Shown here piece by piece: positions 12,561-25,587 of a stretch of 64,000 nucleotides of DNA. The notes under the pieces are model-generated. The model was given only the letters and a program-made list of their open reading frames with translations, ran no database searches and was not told where the DNA came from. The first letter of the stretch is position 1. Each line of letters begins with the position of its first letter. The position numbers and the translations under genes are program-made. This DNA is from Octopus sinensis (taxonomy: Eukaryota): the NCBI RefSeq assembly GCF_006345805.1, contig NC_043012.1, positions 2,914,001-2,978,000 on the forward strand, written 5' to 3'.

Positions 12561-12732
12561 AGGCGCAGCAGTGGCTGTGTGGTAAGAAGCTTGCTTCCCA
12601 ACTACATCGTTCCAGGTTCAGTCCAACTGCATAGCACCTTGGTTAAGTGTCTTCTACTATAGCCTCAAATGAACCGAAGCCTTGTGAGTGGATTTGTTAG
12701 GCGGAAACTGAAAGAAGCCCGTCATATATATA

Positions 12733-12787
<55 letters not shown>

Positions 12788-12990
12788 GTGTGTGTGTGTG
12801 TGTGTATGTATTTGTGTGTCTGTGTTTGTCCATTGGTGTGTTTATGTCCCTGTAACTTAGCAGTGCAGCAAAAGAGACTGATAGAATAAGTACCAGACTT
12901 TCAAAGAATAAGTCGTGGGATTGATTTGTTTGACTAAAAGCAGTGTTCCAGCATGGCCACAGTCAAATGACTGAAACAATTAAAAGAAAG
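12561..12990 (+). mobile_element. SINE family A (full length)
   Basis: aggcgcagcagtggctgtgtgg head, internal microsatellite, gactgaaacaattaaaaga tail. Confidence 0.9.
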
Positions 12991-13079
12991 CTTGTTTTGT
13001 GTGTGTCATCATCATCATCATCGTTTAATGTCTGTTTTCCATGCTAGCATGGGTTGAATGCATGTCTGTATGTGTGTGA

Positions 13080-13332
13080 GGCAGAGGCACAGGACTTAGT
13101 GGTTAGGGTGTTCGACTCATGATCGTAAGATTATGGTTTTGATTCTTGGACCAGGTGACACCTTGTGTTTTTGAGCAAAACACTTCATTTCATGTTTCCC
13201 CAGTTCATTCAGCTGGCAAAAAATGAGTATTCCTGCAATGGACCAGTGTTCCATCCAGAGGTAAAAGATACACCACAGAAGCTAGGAAACCAGCCCTGTG
13301 AGTCTAAATGACTCAGGAGCAATCTTTACCTC
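13080..13332 (+). mobile_element. SINE family C
   Basis: gacttagtggttagggtgttcgactcatgatcg head; matches the 3412-3655 copy. Confidence 0.8.
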
Positions 13333-13899
13333 ATTTTTTAATGTGTGTGTGTTTTGTTTCCACATAATCTTTGTATTAACACCAGCTGGGCAGCAGTGAC
13401 TGGTTATAAACTACAAAAAACAAAAAAAAAATACAGCAGCTCAATGGTTTGATGGTGTTGACACATGAAAATGAAATATCTTATTTGAAAGCAATAAGTG
13501 TTGACATCAGGAAGGATATCTCACTGTAGAATATACTGCTTCAAGATGTCTGATCCAGACCATGTCAGCATGGAAAAAGTTGGTGTAAAAACAATGATGC
13601 CAATGACATACTTCTAAACTATTCCAAACATGCTGTCTGGTAAATGTCTTCACACTTTTGATATCAATTTGCTTGACACCACCCTGTTTTAAAATGTTCA
13701 CATTTGAAATATAACTGTCCCTCATAATGTTGTTATCTTCCCAACAGTAGCATATTAAAGACAAAGTTACTTAATTCACTAATTTCCTCCAAATGTGTTA
13801 GTAATTCATAGGTTAGTTGAAATGCATGGGCAGTGTTTCATCAGCAATACATTCTTGAAAGGGTCTAATTTCTTTGTATCTCATCTTTGATATTATTTT

Positions 13900-14250
13900 A
13901 TGTTCTTCAGCAAGACAGTTCATATACATCAAACTAAGCATGAGTACAGACGAAGTGTGACATTATTCCATATTCTTTGATGAGACAGTTGATGTTCATC
14001 AAACTGGTTGTGTGACATTCTTGCATGTTCTTCAGCTGTATATTTCATGTACATCAAACAGTGTGACATTATACCATGTTGTTTTACAAACTTATCTTAA
14101 ATCAAAATGGTGGTGTGACATTATGTCCTGCTCTTCAGTGATACATATCCTGTACATTAAATGAGTGATGTGCCATTTTGCCATGTTCCTTGGAAACACA
14201 TGTCATGACATCATGTCACATTCTTTGACAATATACATCATCATTACTGT
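13900..14250. repeat. Diverged ~53-bp minisatellite, about 6 units
   Basis: gtgtgacatt anchors at 13955, 14010, 14061 and 14113, with a variant near 14168; unit approximately gtgtgacattattccatgttcttcagcgagacagttcatgtacatcaaactg. Confidence 0.75.
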
Positions 14251-15284
14251 CATTACCATCACCATCCTCATTTAATGTCTGCTTTCCATGCTGGCATGGG
14301 TTGGGCAGTTTGACAGGAGCTGGTGAGCCAGGCAATTGTACCAAGCTCTGCTGTCTGCTTTGGTATGGTTTCTATGGCTGGATATTCTTTAGTACTGCCA
14401 TCAACTTTACAGAGTGTACAGAGTGCTTTATGTGGCTCCAGCATTAACTGGGCCACATCAAACCTATGGTGTGACATATTTTCATGTACTTATGGAAACA
14501 TAGCAGTTTTATCTTTTTTTTTTTGCTGAAGTCTCAGATATTTTCATTTGACATTTTTGTTGCTGTGGGGGTCATTCTTATGTCAAATTTCATTTTTGTT
14601 TTCCAAGCTGTCAATTTATGCTAAGTGTGTCTGCAACTTTGGACATTTGCACAATAACCATGAATTGATGTTTTCATAGCTGACTTTTTTTTTTATGTAT
14701 CAATCATCATTGTATCATTAACTGGGACTGCTGTCAATTTTTCAGCTCACTAAGCAAGAGACAATTATTGTAAGGTCACCACTGAAATGTTATATCAATC
14801 TTGGAACACATGACATTTAAGTTTTGCTCCTAATTAGACCAAAATAAAACTAATTTTTCTAAATTTCTTATAATCCAATCGTTACTTGCAAACGTTGACT
14901 TTAAATAGGAATATACAAAACACATGCTCAAATTAAGTAAAATTAGTAATATTCTTGTAGTTTAGCCAATTGTTGCTGTTGCTGTTGTTGTTGTTTAGTT
15001 CCCAGATCAGCTCTGACAGTGTAGGTTTATGACTAAAGGCATTTTGTCTATTTTTCTCTCGAATATTCCATATGAACTTTCCTTTTCAAGTCTGTGGTGT
15101 ATAATCTGCTGGAGATTTGGCTACTGTTTCTGACAGGCTGTGCTTTTATTTCACCTGTTAACCAGTTGTTGATATCACAATTTATATTTCCTCCTATGTT
15201 AAGGATGATGTCTTGTTATACTTTGAGACTGGATCTATATTTTAGAAAGTTACTAAGTAGTGACAATTAATGGATTTGAAAGCA

Positions 15285-15330
<46 letters not shown>

Positions 15331-16778
15331 GAGAGAGAGATAGAGATAGACATGCATATTTTAATCCATATATAACCTTCTCTGTAGTGTTGGGGTAGGA
15401 TATGATGTGCTCAGTCTGGTGGTAAAATGGTTTGAAGGGCACCCAGTTGTAAATCCACACGAAAAACATACGTCTGCAACTATACAAATTGGTGGTTTTC
15501 TTTGTTCCTTCATGTCTCCCTGATGACAAAGGACTGTCACAGAAGATGAAATACATGCACACATGGTGACATACATACACACATGATTTGATATGCATGC
15601 CCTTTTAATAATCTATATTGGTGAAACTGTGCAATAATGGAAGTGTAACTAACCTATTTAACTGATTAGTATACATAACAACTCTACAATAGTATTGACT
15701 TTATTCTGTGTTTTTTGTATGCTATCACATACTGCTAAAATGTTATGATACAAATAAAATATACATATGTGTATGTATATATACATACATATATATATAT
15801 ATATATATGCACATATATATACATACACAAACACACTCTCACAATACAAACATATAATGACCATTATTATTACATGTGGCTTGTGTTAAGAAGTTTGTTT
15901 CCCAACCACATTGTCCTGAGTTCAGTCTCAGCGTATGGCACCTTGGGCAAGTGTCTTCTACTATAGCCCTGGATCAACCAAAGCCTGTGAGTGGATTTGG
16001 CACGTGGAAACTAACAGAAGCTCATCATGTGTGTGTGGTGCCACAGCAAAGCTGTAGTGCAATGACTGAAACAGGTAAACAATAAAAGATACACACACAC
16101 ACTATATGGATAGCTTTATTAATGGTTTATTAAGGAAAAGATTGAAAAATGTTTTATGAAGTATAAAATGGTAGGAAAATGGTAAATTTGATATTTCACA
16201 ATAATTTATGTGATGTATAATTACAGAAAGGGATGGGAGAGAAAAATTCATGAAAAACTAAAAATATATATCAAAACTATGGTTAACAGTTCATAGAAAA
16301 GACTATTTGGTTTGTTTTCCTAGTCAAAATAGATATTGTAACCTCTCACTTGTCACTTTTCACCATTGTCATTAATTTTAATTTATTCAGCTGTTAGGTT
16401 GAAAAGCTCCGACCTTTCTTTTAATTTTGTTTTTTCTTTTCCCTGATTGTAATCTATAGCAGTTGAGGATGAATTTGAACAAGGGAACATTTTTGGAATT
16501 TCTTCTTTCTCTTATCAAGGATCTTGTTTCACGGCACAAACTGATGATAGTTTAACTAAGTGTTATTGTTGATGTTGTTGTTGCTAGCTGTTATTATTGG
16601 CAGTTTAGATCAGGCTTCATATGACAAATCTTATTCTAACCAGATAGGGATATATTTTGGATTATCTAGAATCCGCTGTTAATCAGAGTTAACTATTAAT
16701 TGGTGCAGGCATGGCTGTATGGTAAGGGTAGATGTTTGCTTTCTAACTGCATGGTTCTTGGTTCGGTATATTTACACT

Positions 16779-17009
16779 AGGCGGTGAGCTGGCAGAAGCG
16801 TTAGCACGCCGGGTGAAATGCGTGGCCGTATTTCTTCTGCCGTTACGTTCTGAGTTCAAATTCCGCCGAGGTCGACTTTGCCTTTCATCCTTTCGGGGTC
16901 GATAAATTAAGTACCACATGAGCACTGGGGTCGATATAATCGACTTAATCCGTATGTCTGTCCTTGTTTGTCCTCTCTGTGTTTAGCCCCTGTGGGTAGT
17001 AAAGAAATA
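16779..17009 (+). mobile_element. tRNA-derived SINE, family B (young copy)
   Basis: aggcggtgagctggcagaa head, CpGs retained, perfect 14-bp TSD ggtatatttacact at 16765-16778 and 17010-17023. Confidence 0.92.
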
Positions 17010-17089
17010 GGTATATTTACACTGTTGCTTTGTCATGGCGTTTTTTGTATTCCTTTTGAGCTAGTTTTAAATATTCACTAATTATACAT

Positions 17090-18078
17090 CTGCCTCAGTC
17101 GATTTTCTACACAAATGTGATGTCGCTGTTTATCAACACTATACTTGATTGAATTAGTATATAAATCTTGTTCTTGAGCAGCAAGAGTCAGTCTTTCCGT
17201 TTCCTTCTTCAAAAACTCTGTCTTAACCATCTCCATGATTCTTCATTGGCGTCAGCTGCTGTTTGTTGTAAAAACTCTCCTTGTAGGACTTTCTCTTTCC
17301 AGTTGATGATCTTTTCTCTGTTAGGCCACATATTGTATTCCTGAAAGGGTCTCTCCATTGGTGTTGATCACCTTCTCATTCAGTGTAGCCTGCAACATCT
17401 CTATTCCTCAGATAAGCATGCAAGGACTTGTTCTCTTTCACATCACTATCTTTTGTTCCAACCAGTCCTCTTCCACCTTCCTTCCTAGCTAAATATAGCC
17501 TTGCTACATTACTTCTAGTATGAAGGCATCCATGTATAGCCATTACTTTCTTAGTTTTTCTATCCATGTTGACAAGTTCTTCTTTTGTCCATTCTGCAAC
17601 ACCTGCATAGTAATGTATCACACCTATAGCCCATATGTTGATGCTTCTAATCAGATACCCTCCATTTAGTTTAGACTTATGTAACTTTTAAACTCTTCTG
17701 GTATACTCAGAAGAAATTTTCTCCTTCATTTTGGTGTTCAGCATCTGACCTTGTAAAACACCGAGACACTTGTAACTCTCTCTGTTCACTTCTCTTATCT
17801 ACTCATCATCTGGAAGTTGTACTCTGCTGCTGTCTACTTTGCACCCCCTCCTTAGTTCAATAACAGCACATTTCTCTATACCAAATGCCATCTGGATGTC
17901 TTGAGAGCAAATTTGTACAGACTGAATATGGGAATCCATAAACATCAGCTGATTAATTGCATTCATGTTTTTCCGCAGTTTATAACCATCTCCCATCTTT
18001 CTCAGAACCATGGAGAATGGTAACATACAAATCATAAACAGTAAGGGTGACACTGAGTCTCCTTGAAATATTCCTATT
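17090..18078 (-). mobile_element. Non-LTR retrotransposon RT fragment, R4/Dong-like, with stops and deletions
   Basis: GIFQGDSVSPLLF, INQLMFMD, FGIEKCA, YKCLG, RLYLARKEGGRGL, SWRWL and AAQEQDLYTN motifs in collinear order. Confidence 0.85.
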
Positions 18079-18102
18079 ATTATTATTATTATTATTATTA
18101 TT

Positions 18103-19000
18103 AGGTGGTGAGCTGGCAGAATCATTAGCATGCCAGGCGAAATGCTTTGTCTGCCGCTACATTCTGAGTTCAAATTCCACTGGTTGACTTTGCCGTTCAT
18201 CCTTTCGGGGGTCAATAAATTAAATACCAATTGAGTACTGGGGTCAATGTAATTGACTTGCCCCTTCCTCCAAAATTTCAGGCCTTGTGCCTATAGTAGA
18301 AAGGATTATTATTATTATTGTTATTATTATTATTAAGGCAGCAAGCTGGCAGAATCAGGAGGAAGTCAAGTGAAATGCTTAATGGTATTTTGTTCATGTT
18401 TATGATCTGAGTTCAAGTTTTGCCAAGGCTGAATTTGCCTTTCATCCTTTCGGGGTCAATTAAATAAGTACCAGTTATGCACTGGGGTCGATGTAATCAA
18501 CTTACTCCTCCACCCAAATTTCAGGCCTTGGGCCTATAGTAGAAAGGATTATTATTATTGTGGAGGTGCGTAACTCAGTGGTTTGGGTGTTGGGCAGTAC
18601 ATTGTGTTCTTGAGCAAAACACTTCATCTCACATTGCTTCAGTCCACTCAACTGGTGAAAAGGAATAATCCTGCAGTGGATTGGTATCCCATCCAGGTGG
18701 GGAATGTATCACCATAGAAACTGGGAAACTGGTCCTATGTGTCTACAATGACTCAGGAAGGAACTTTACTTTATTTTTAAGGTGGAGAGCTGGCAGAAAT
18801 GTTAGCACACTGGGCAAAATGCTTAGCAACATTTCGTATGTCTTTACATTCTGAGTTCAAATTCTGTCGTGCTTGACTTTGCCTTTCATCCTTTTGGAGT
18901 TGATAAAATGAGTACCAGTTGAGCACTGGGGTCGATTTAATTGGCTAACCACCTCCCTTCAAATTTCAAGTCTTGTGCCCATAGTAGAAAGGATTTTTAT
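18103..19000 (+). mobile_element. Chain of three family B SINEs (18103-18306, 18335-18555, 18779-19000) and one family C SINE (18561-18772)
   Basis: Repeated aggyggygagctggcagaa heads and agtagaaagg(att)n tails. Confidence 0.85.
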
Positions 19001-19019
19001 TAGTATTATTATTATTATT

Positions 19020-19307
19020 CCTTTCAAGCGTTGGGCCTCATGGAGGCAATGATCAAGACCTTTGGCATTATATCATGTTTGAGAAGACCCATCAAGCCAA
19101 GTAAAATTGCAGTCATGGCAGATATTGGCATCACGTAAAAGCACCCATTACACACCCGGAGTGGTTGCTGTAGAAAACCATGCCAAATCAGACAGAAGTC
19201 TGGTGCAGCCTTCCAGCCTTACCAGCCTTACCAGCCCCAGTCAAACCATCCAACCTATGCCAGCATGGACAATGGATGTTAAATGATGATGATGATGATG
19301 ATGATGA
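19020..19307 (+). mobile_element. RTE LINE 3' end (family E)
   Basis: gacctttggcattat...gagaagacccatcaagccaag (end of the RTE ORF), then E body and (gat)n tail. Confidence 0.75.
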
Positions 19308-20794
19308 TTTAGTGAAGTGGTAGTATTGGTTGTATGTAATTATGTCTCTTAAGTTCTATTTTCCAAACTTCCAGGGCAAACTTCCAAACTTCCTTGGGAA
19401 AATGTCTTCTACTGTAGCTCTGGATCAACCAAAACACACATACACAATACACTTATATGATTGGGTTTTTTCAGTTACTGTCTACCAAATTCACTTACAT
19501 GGCTTTGGTTGGCCTGAGGCTGTAGTAGAAGACACTTGCCCAAGGTACTATGCAGTAGGACCGAACTTGGATCTGTGTAGTTGAGAAGCAAGCTTCCTAC
19601 CACATGTGTGTCAAGTTACTGGGGTCAATTCAATTGACTAACCACTTCCCTCAAATTTCAAGCCTTGTACCTATGTATAAGACAGTTACTCATATCTTTA
19701 AACCTTTTAATATAAATGGACATCTGTTGGTTTTGATGACAAGTGTTCAGTTGTCTAGCATGGGAATGGCAGAGCATTCCACAGACACATGTACCCTTAC
19801 CACAATCCTTAGACAGAATTAGCATGATCACAGTATGACAAAGCTGAATCTTTGAAATACTGGCACAATCTGTTCTGACAGTCTTCCAAAGAGTTTCCAT
19901 ATAGCCTAATTTCTGTAACAAAGATTAAATCAAACTGGGGCTCTAACAAAAGTCGCTTGTCCAAGATGCCATGTAGTAAGATTGAGCCTAAGACATTGTG
20001 ATTGCAAAGCAAACACTTTAACCATTTGGCCATGCTGTATCCATTGTCACTAATAATAAGGCAGTGAGCTGGCAGAAATGTTAGCATGCCGAGCGAAATG
20101 CTTAGCGGTATTTTGTCTGTCTTTACGTTCTAAGTTCAAATTCCACTGAGGTCAACTTTGCCTATCATACAATCTTTTGTATTTGTGTTGTGTGAGCTTA
20201 CAACACTCACTAACAATATGGCTTATACTTTCTCTCTTCTCAGAGCACATCCTACACTGTGGCAAGTCAGTGCTTTTATCAATGTGATATTTGGAGTAGT
20301 TTGTTCTGAGAGTGTTGTTGTTATTGTTGTTGCTATTATTATTATTATTATTATTATAGTTGTTGTTGTGCTAATTTATGAAACCCTTAGTAATACTAGT
20401 ATTTTCTTGTGACTAAACTCTTGGTCTTTGGGTTCAATATATGTCAAATTCCTGGCAAACATGTTCTGGTTCTGAGATAATATCTCATAGAAACTAAAAG
20501 TGAAAAATTACTCTTAAAGTTTAAAGGGTTATCAATGTTCTCCAAGCTGAAACTTGATAGCCTAAAAACAAAAGTGTTTCTTCTGCCAGAATTTGAAGAA
20601 TACATTGTGAGTGACAGGTGTCAACTGTCTAAATATTTTTTCTTATTTAACTTCAGAAACTTTCCTTCGAGCAGTTCTTGAACGTAGATTAACTAATCGT
20701 TGTGTTGTTATAGGGACTTGACTCAATGAGTTAAGCCAAATAATTTATTGTTAGGTTGAGTTCTGAATAAGATTTTAATTTCTCATTCTCATAA

Positions 20795-21234
20795 CTCTTT
20801 TGATACCAACATGCCTGAGACTACCCCATATTTTCTTATACAAATTTCCTGTTTAACCCTCTAGTATTCAGATTACTCTGTCAAATGTAATGCTTATTTA
20901 TTCCATTGCTTTAAATTATCATACATTATCTCCTTGCTTCAAAATGTTGATCACATGATTGTTTAGTTTTATAATGATATTGTACTGTATGTGTGAGAGG
21001 TCAGATATAGCTTGCTTGAACATAGAACGTATAGAATATTTGAGCTGTGTATGGCTGGTTTAAATGCTAAAGAGTTAAAGTAATCTAAACTGAAACCTTC
21101 TTTCAAAATTTCATGTTAATATATGTTCCAAACACCAGCTTAATAGCGACAGGGTTACTTTACTCAATTTGTCATCTTCAAAATTCATTAAAACAAAAGT
21201 AGTGAATATCAATAGAAATATGGTAACAGAAGGG
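20795..21234 (-). mobile_element. piggyBac-type MITE family P2 hosting a complete P1 MITE (20857-21074)
   Basis: Outer termini ctcttttgatacc and ggtaacagaaggg followed by TTAA; the inner element is flanked by TTAA at 20853-20856 and 21075-21078. Confidence 0.8.
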
Positions 21235-22260
21235 TTAACCTTGTCTTTGGGAGACTTTAATATTTATATCTACATTGTTTCAATCAGTTTGATTTCCAGT
21301 CATCATCAGGTGTTTTATTACTGGCTATGGACATAACAGAGGCTGGATTTGAACTAGGAACTTTTAGCTTTAAACTAAGAACAATGCTGTTCTAATCCAT
21401 TGAGACACTGACTGATGTGTACCTATGTCAGTAGCCAAGCCTGAAAATTAAAATTTCATTAAAAACAAATCATCTGCAACATTTAGGCAATCACTCAATT
21501 GGATGTTTCCCTATTTTGAATTAAATTTGCTCAGATTGACTTATTTCACAGTAGCACACTGGTTTGTGCTATCGAGTATGACCCCAATAAAAGGACTAGC
21601 ACCATGCCAGCATTAGGATAAAGGTTAATAAAAGACAAGCTTTGATGTTACCCACTCTTAAATGCAGCCAACAATATTTACAAACTTTGCTACATAAGAC
21701 ATGATTAAAGTTGTGTGTATTTATAGTAGCTTAAGAGAGATGTCTGATACATACAGCGATTTGATTCTCCTCTCCTCCAAGTCATCAGGGCCAGTTGCTC
21801 ATTGATGAATACTTTTCATTAAGAAATGGCTAGTAATTTCTTTTTATTCATCTCATTTGTTGATAAAATATTGATTAGGTACTCAACTTGTGTTTGAGAA
21901 AATATATATTTTTGGTTCAAAAGAAAAGGTTCAATGAACATGAATGCAGTTTTTATAAACCATGCCTTACTTGTTGCTGAAAATTTTGTGAGTGGTGTTA
22001 GCAAGTGTTGATTTAGTGTTCAAAACATCTTCATGTCTCCCAATTTCAAAATTTGTAATTTGCTGTGTTTGAAGGACCAAGAAAGGTTTATCAGAATATT
22101 CTAAGGGCAGTCAATGAAATTGTTCAACAATAATTATATTAGCTTTTTTACTAAAATGACAATGAACTAAAGTTATACCTGTAGTAAATTATGTGGTGAA
22201 CTTACCAGAAGTAATGAAGCAGTGAGTTTAGTTCTGTCTGACTTAATCCCTTTTGTTTAA

Positions 22261-22432
22261 TTCCTTTGTTACCAGGCGCAGGAGTGGCTGTGTGGTAAGT
22301 AGCTTGTTTACTAACCACATAGTCTAGGGTTCAGTCCCACTGTGTGGCACCTCAGGCAAGTGTCTTCTACTATAGCCTCTGGCTGACCAAAGCCTTGTGA
22401 GTGGATTTGGTAGATGGAAACTGAAAGAAACC

Positions 22433-22474
<42 letters not shown>

Positions 22475-22857
22475 GTCCCTCACCATAACTTGACAACCGA
22501 TGGTGTGTTTACCTCCCTGTAACTTAGCAGTTCAGCAGAAGAACTGATAGAATAAGTACTAGGCTTAGAAAGAATAAATCTTGAGTGTTGGTTGTTCCAC
22601 TAAAGGCTCCTACAATGCCACAGTCAAATGACTGAAACAAATAAAAGAATAAAAGAATTTTTCTAAATAAATACTGTCTTTGTTTCAATAAATCTTGAAA
22701 ATAATGAAGAATTTAGTAAAATAACCTTGTCATTATTAAAGTGGTATTTGGAGCATAAATCAAATCTGGATGGAAGGTTTTAATTCAGATAATTTAAATT
22801 CAGGAATTTGCATCATAGAACCAAGGAGTAGTTTCAGGCAGACTGGTATCAAATGGA
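22261..22857 (+). mobile_element. P2 MITE interrupted by a full family A SINE (22274-22658)
   Basis: TTAA at 22257-22260 and 22858-22861; body matches 50379-50600 once the SINE is removed. Confidence 0.8.
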
Positions 22858-22965
22858 TTAAGGAACTGCCAGTAAAAAGCAGGCTTATATTGTTGGACTT
22901 AGCCAGATGCTGTTTAGTCTTTCACAGCCATTAGTTCCAAATGGAATTAATGGATCTTGGTTGCT

Positions 22966-23275
22966 TCATCATCATCATCATTATCGTTTAACGTCCGTTC
23001 TCCATGCTAGCATGGGTTGGACGGTTCGACCGGGGATCTGGGAAGCCAGAAGGCTGCACCAGGCTCCGGTCTTATCTGGCAACGTTTCTACAGCTGGATG
23101 CCCTTCCTAACGCCAACCACTCTGTGAGTGTAGTGGGTGCTTTTTACGTGCCACCTGCACTGGTGCCAGGCAAGGCTGGCATCGGCCACGGTCGGATTGG
23201 TGCATTTTATGGAAGCCAGTCGAGGCAGCACTGGCTTCAGCTACGATTCGGATGGTGCTTTTTACGTGCCACCGA
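22966..23275 (-). mobile_element. RTE LINE 3' end (family E), young
   Basis: Very similar to 3031-3260, CpG-rich. Confidence 0.85.
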
Positions 23276-24671
23276 CACTATTATTAAATTTTGAATTTAT
23301 CTACACAGATAAAAAAAAAATGCAATTGATAAAAGTGCATTATTGAAAATAATAGTTTATTGTGATTTAAGTATTTTAGTCTAAAAATTAAAAAAAAACA
23401 GTCCGCTAGAAGTTATCAGTACCAGTATGGATAAAAATGGATATAAAAAGAACAGAAATGTGTATTCAGGTGCAAAGTTGAAGCTAACATTTCCCAAGGT
23501 ACTATGCAGTAGGACTGAACTTGGATCTGTGTAGTTGAGAAGCAAGCTTCCTACCACATGTGTGTCAAGTTACTGGGGTCAATTCAATTGAGAGAGCATT
23601 TCCTTTCCAAAGCATTTGTCATTTCATACCTTGACACAACATTTGTTCAGAAGTAGTTTGGTATTAATATAAACTGAATCCATTTGGAATTATTAGATGT
23701 GAAAGTGTTATTGTTATCTCTACAGCTGGAAATGGATAACCTATTTAATCTGTGCCAGTGGCATGACAATATTATTGGTTAATCAAACCAAGAGGTACTA
23801 TATGCAGTTACTGAATCTGCTAGAAAGAATAGCTACCAAATTACTCTCTCTCTTTCAGGTCACCCTGCCCTATTGTGTCTAAAACAAAAACCAGAAGGGC
23901 ACATTGGATAAGGTGGTCTGAGATACATTAGGTTTGAAAAACAAGATGAAATGATTACAACTGGAATTCTTTTAATCTTAAGTGTGCTGGATCAAAGCTG
24001 GCCTGGAATTAAACTTCACCATCACTACTATCGCAATCTCTAACAACACACAGATCCAGGAATGGAGCCATTGCATGGATTATCAGCTTACTAAAAATAG
24101 CACCCAAATCTCCCTCTAATCCCACTCAAACGTATTAAATAAAAGAGACATTGTAGCATAAACTAGGTCTACAAACAAAAGTAAAAAAGATAGGCTGGTC
24201 ACAGTAGAGCTCCATTTATGGGTCTTCTAGATTGGTCTATTCAAGAAAAGAAGGGCTAAACAATACGACAATTGATAATTACGATATATATGGTAGCTGA
24301 GAATAAATTTCTTAATTTGTTTGAAGTCCAAAGCAAGAAAATTACTTCCATCTATGATATTATAGTCTGATGTATTTATGATGTAATTTGCTAATACAAA
24401 TCAAATCATTTATGTGATCTAGTTCACATTGACGTGAATTAATAAGGTCCTACTTAGTAATTAGTTCTCATTTCTGTGTGAATTAAGCAAGTTTTTCTTT
24501 GTAATTAGTTCATTCTCTTCTTATATGGTATATTTGTTAATGTGGAAGATCACATTTCTCGTTCCTTAAAATTGTTTCTATATTTATGCAGAAGTGAGCT
24601 GAAGAATTATTTCTCTGTGCAACTCTCCTTATTTTTGATTGTCTGCTCATCTCTTTTCTTTTAATTTAAAT

Positions 24672-24707
<36 letters not shown>

Positions 24708-25587
24708 GATCATTTAATGTCCATTTTCCAGTCTGGCATGGGTTGGATGGCTTGACAGGAACTGGCAGGGCTGGATACCTTTCTATGGTCTTAACACCAA
24801 CCACTCCATAGAGCGTACTGGATGGTTTTTATGTGGCACCAGCACCCATACCACTGGTTCTTACGTGGCAACTTGATTTTAGGATCTCAAGACACTTAAT
24901 TCCATTTCTCCAACCTCTTAAAGATAATGTTGGACTGTGACATTTCCAAACTGCCTCTATGCCATTACAAGCCAATGAGGGATTCCTCTGTGTGATTATA
25001 TGATCTGCTAGAAACAACAGCTAAGTCTCTCTCAGACTATCTGTGATGTCATAAATAAGGAAAGGACACATCAAACAGTACAGTTTGTAACATCCTTCTA
25101 AAACGATGATGATCACAATTATACTGTTTGTGGTCGTAAGTCTTTTCATTCAGGGTTAATTTGGGGTTAAACAGCAACAAAAACCATCTCTGAATCATAC
25201 AACACAGTGCTACCAACACTTCCTGTCATTACTATCAGACAATATCACAATTCAGACATACTACTTCATTGCCATACAGTACCACATTAACATTCTGCAT
25301 TCACTACAATGCTGTAATACACTTCAGACACTCCACAACCAATCCTTGTTGTCATTACCAAAATGTACTACAATCTAAACATATTACCATCATTCTCAGG
25401 TTTCACTATCATAGAGTACCACTGTCCAGACACATTATCACCATTCCCTGTACCACACTGCAGAACCCAACAGCCATTCCTTGTCATTATCATATGGTTC
25501 CACACTACCATCTCTCCCATGTTACAACTACCTTACAATGCCACCCTTCAGGCACGTTACCATCTTTCTCAAGTTATCAGTACTATA

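Noticed and set aside
16460-16573. Strong plus-strand acceptor followed by VEDEFEQGNIFGISSFSYQG...
   Set aside because: No donor, no recognised homology, early stop; insufficient support.
19809-19918. Apparent minus-strand exon EIRLYGNSLEDCQNRLCQYF...
   Set aside because: The acceptor and first half align to a diverged family A SINE (19876-20035).
21535-21621. Translation containing IEYDPN, as in ribosomal protein uL2
   Set aside because: Only a 6-residue match with no flanking similarity and a stop soon after; treated as chance.
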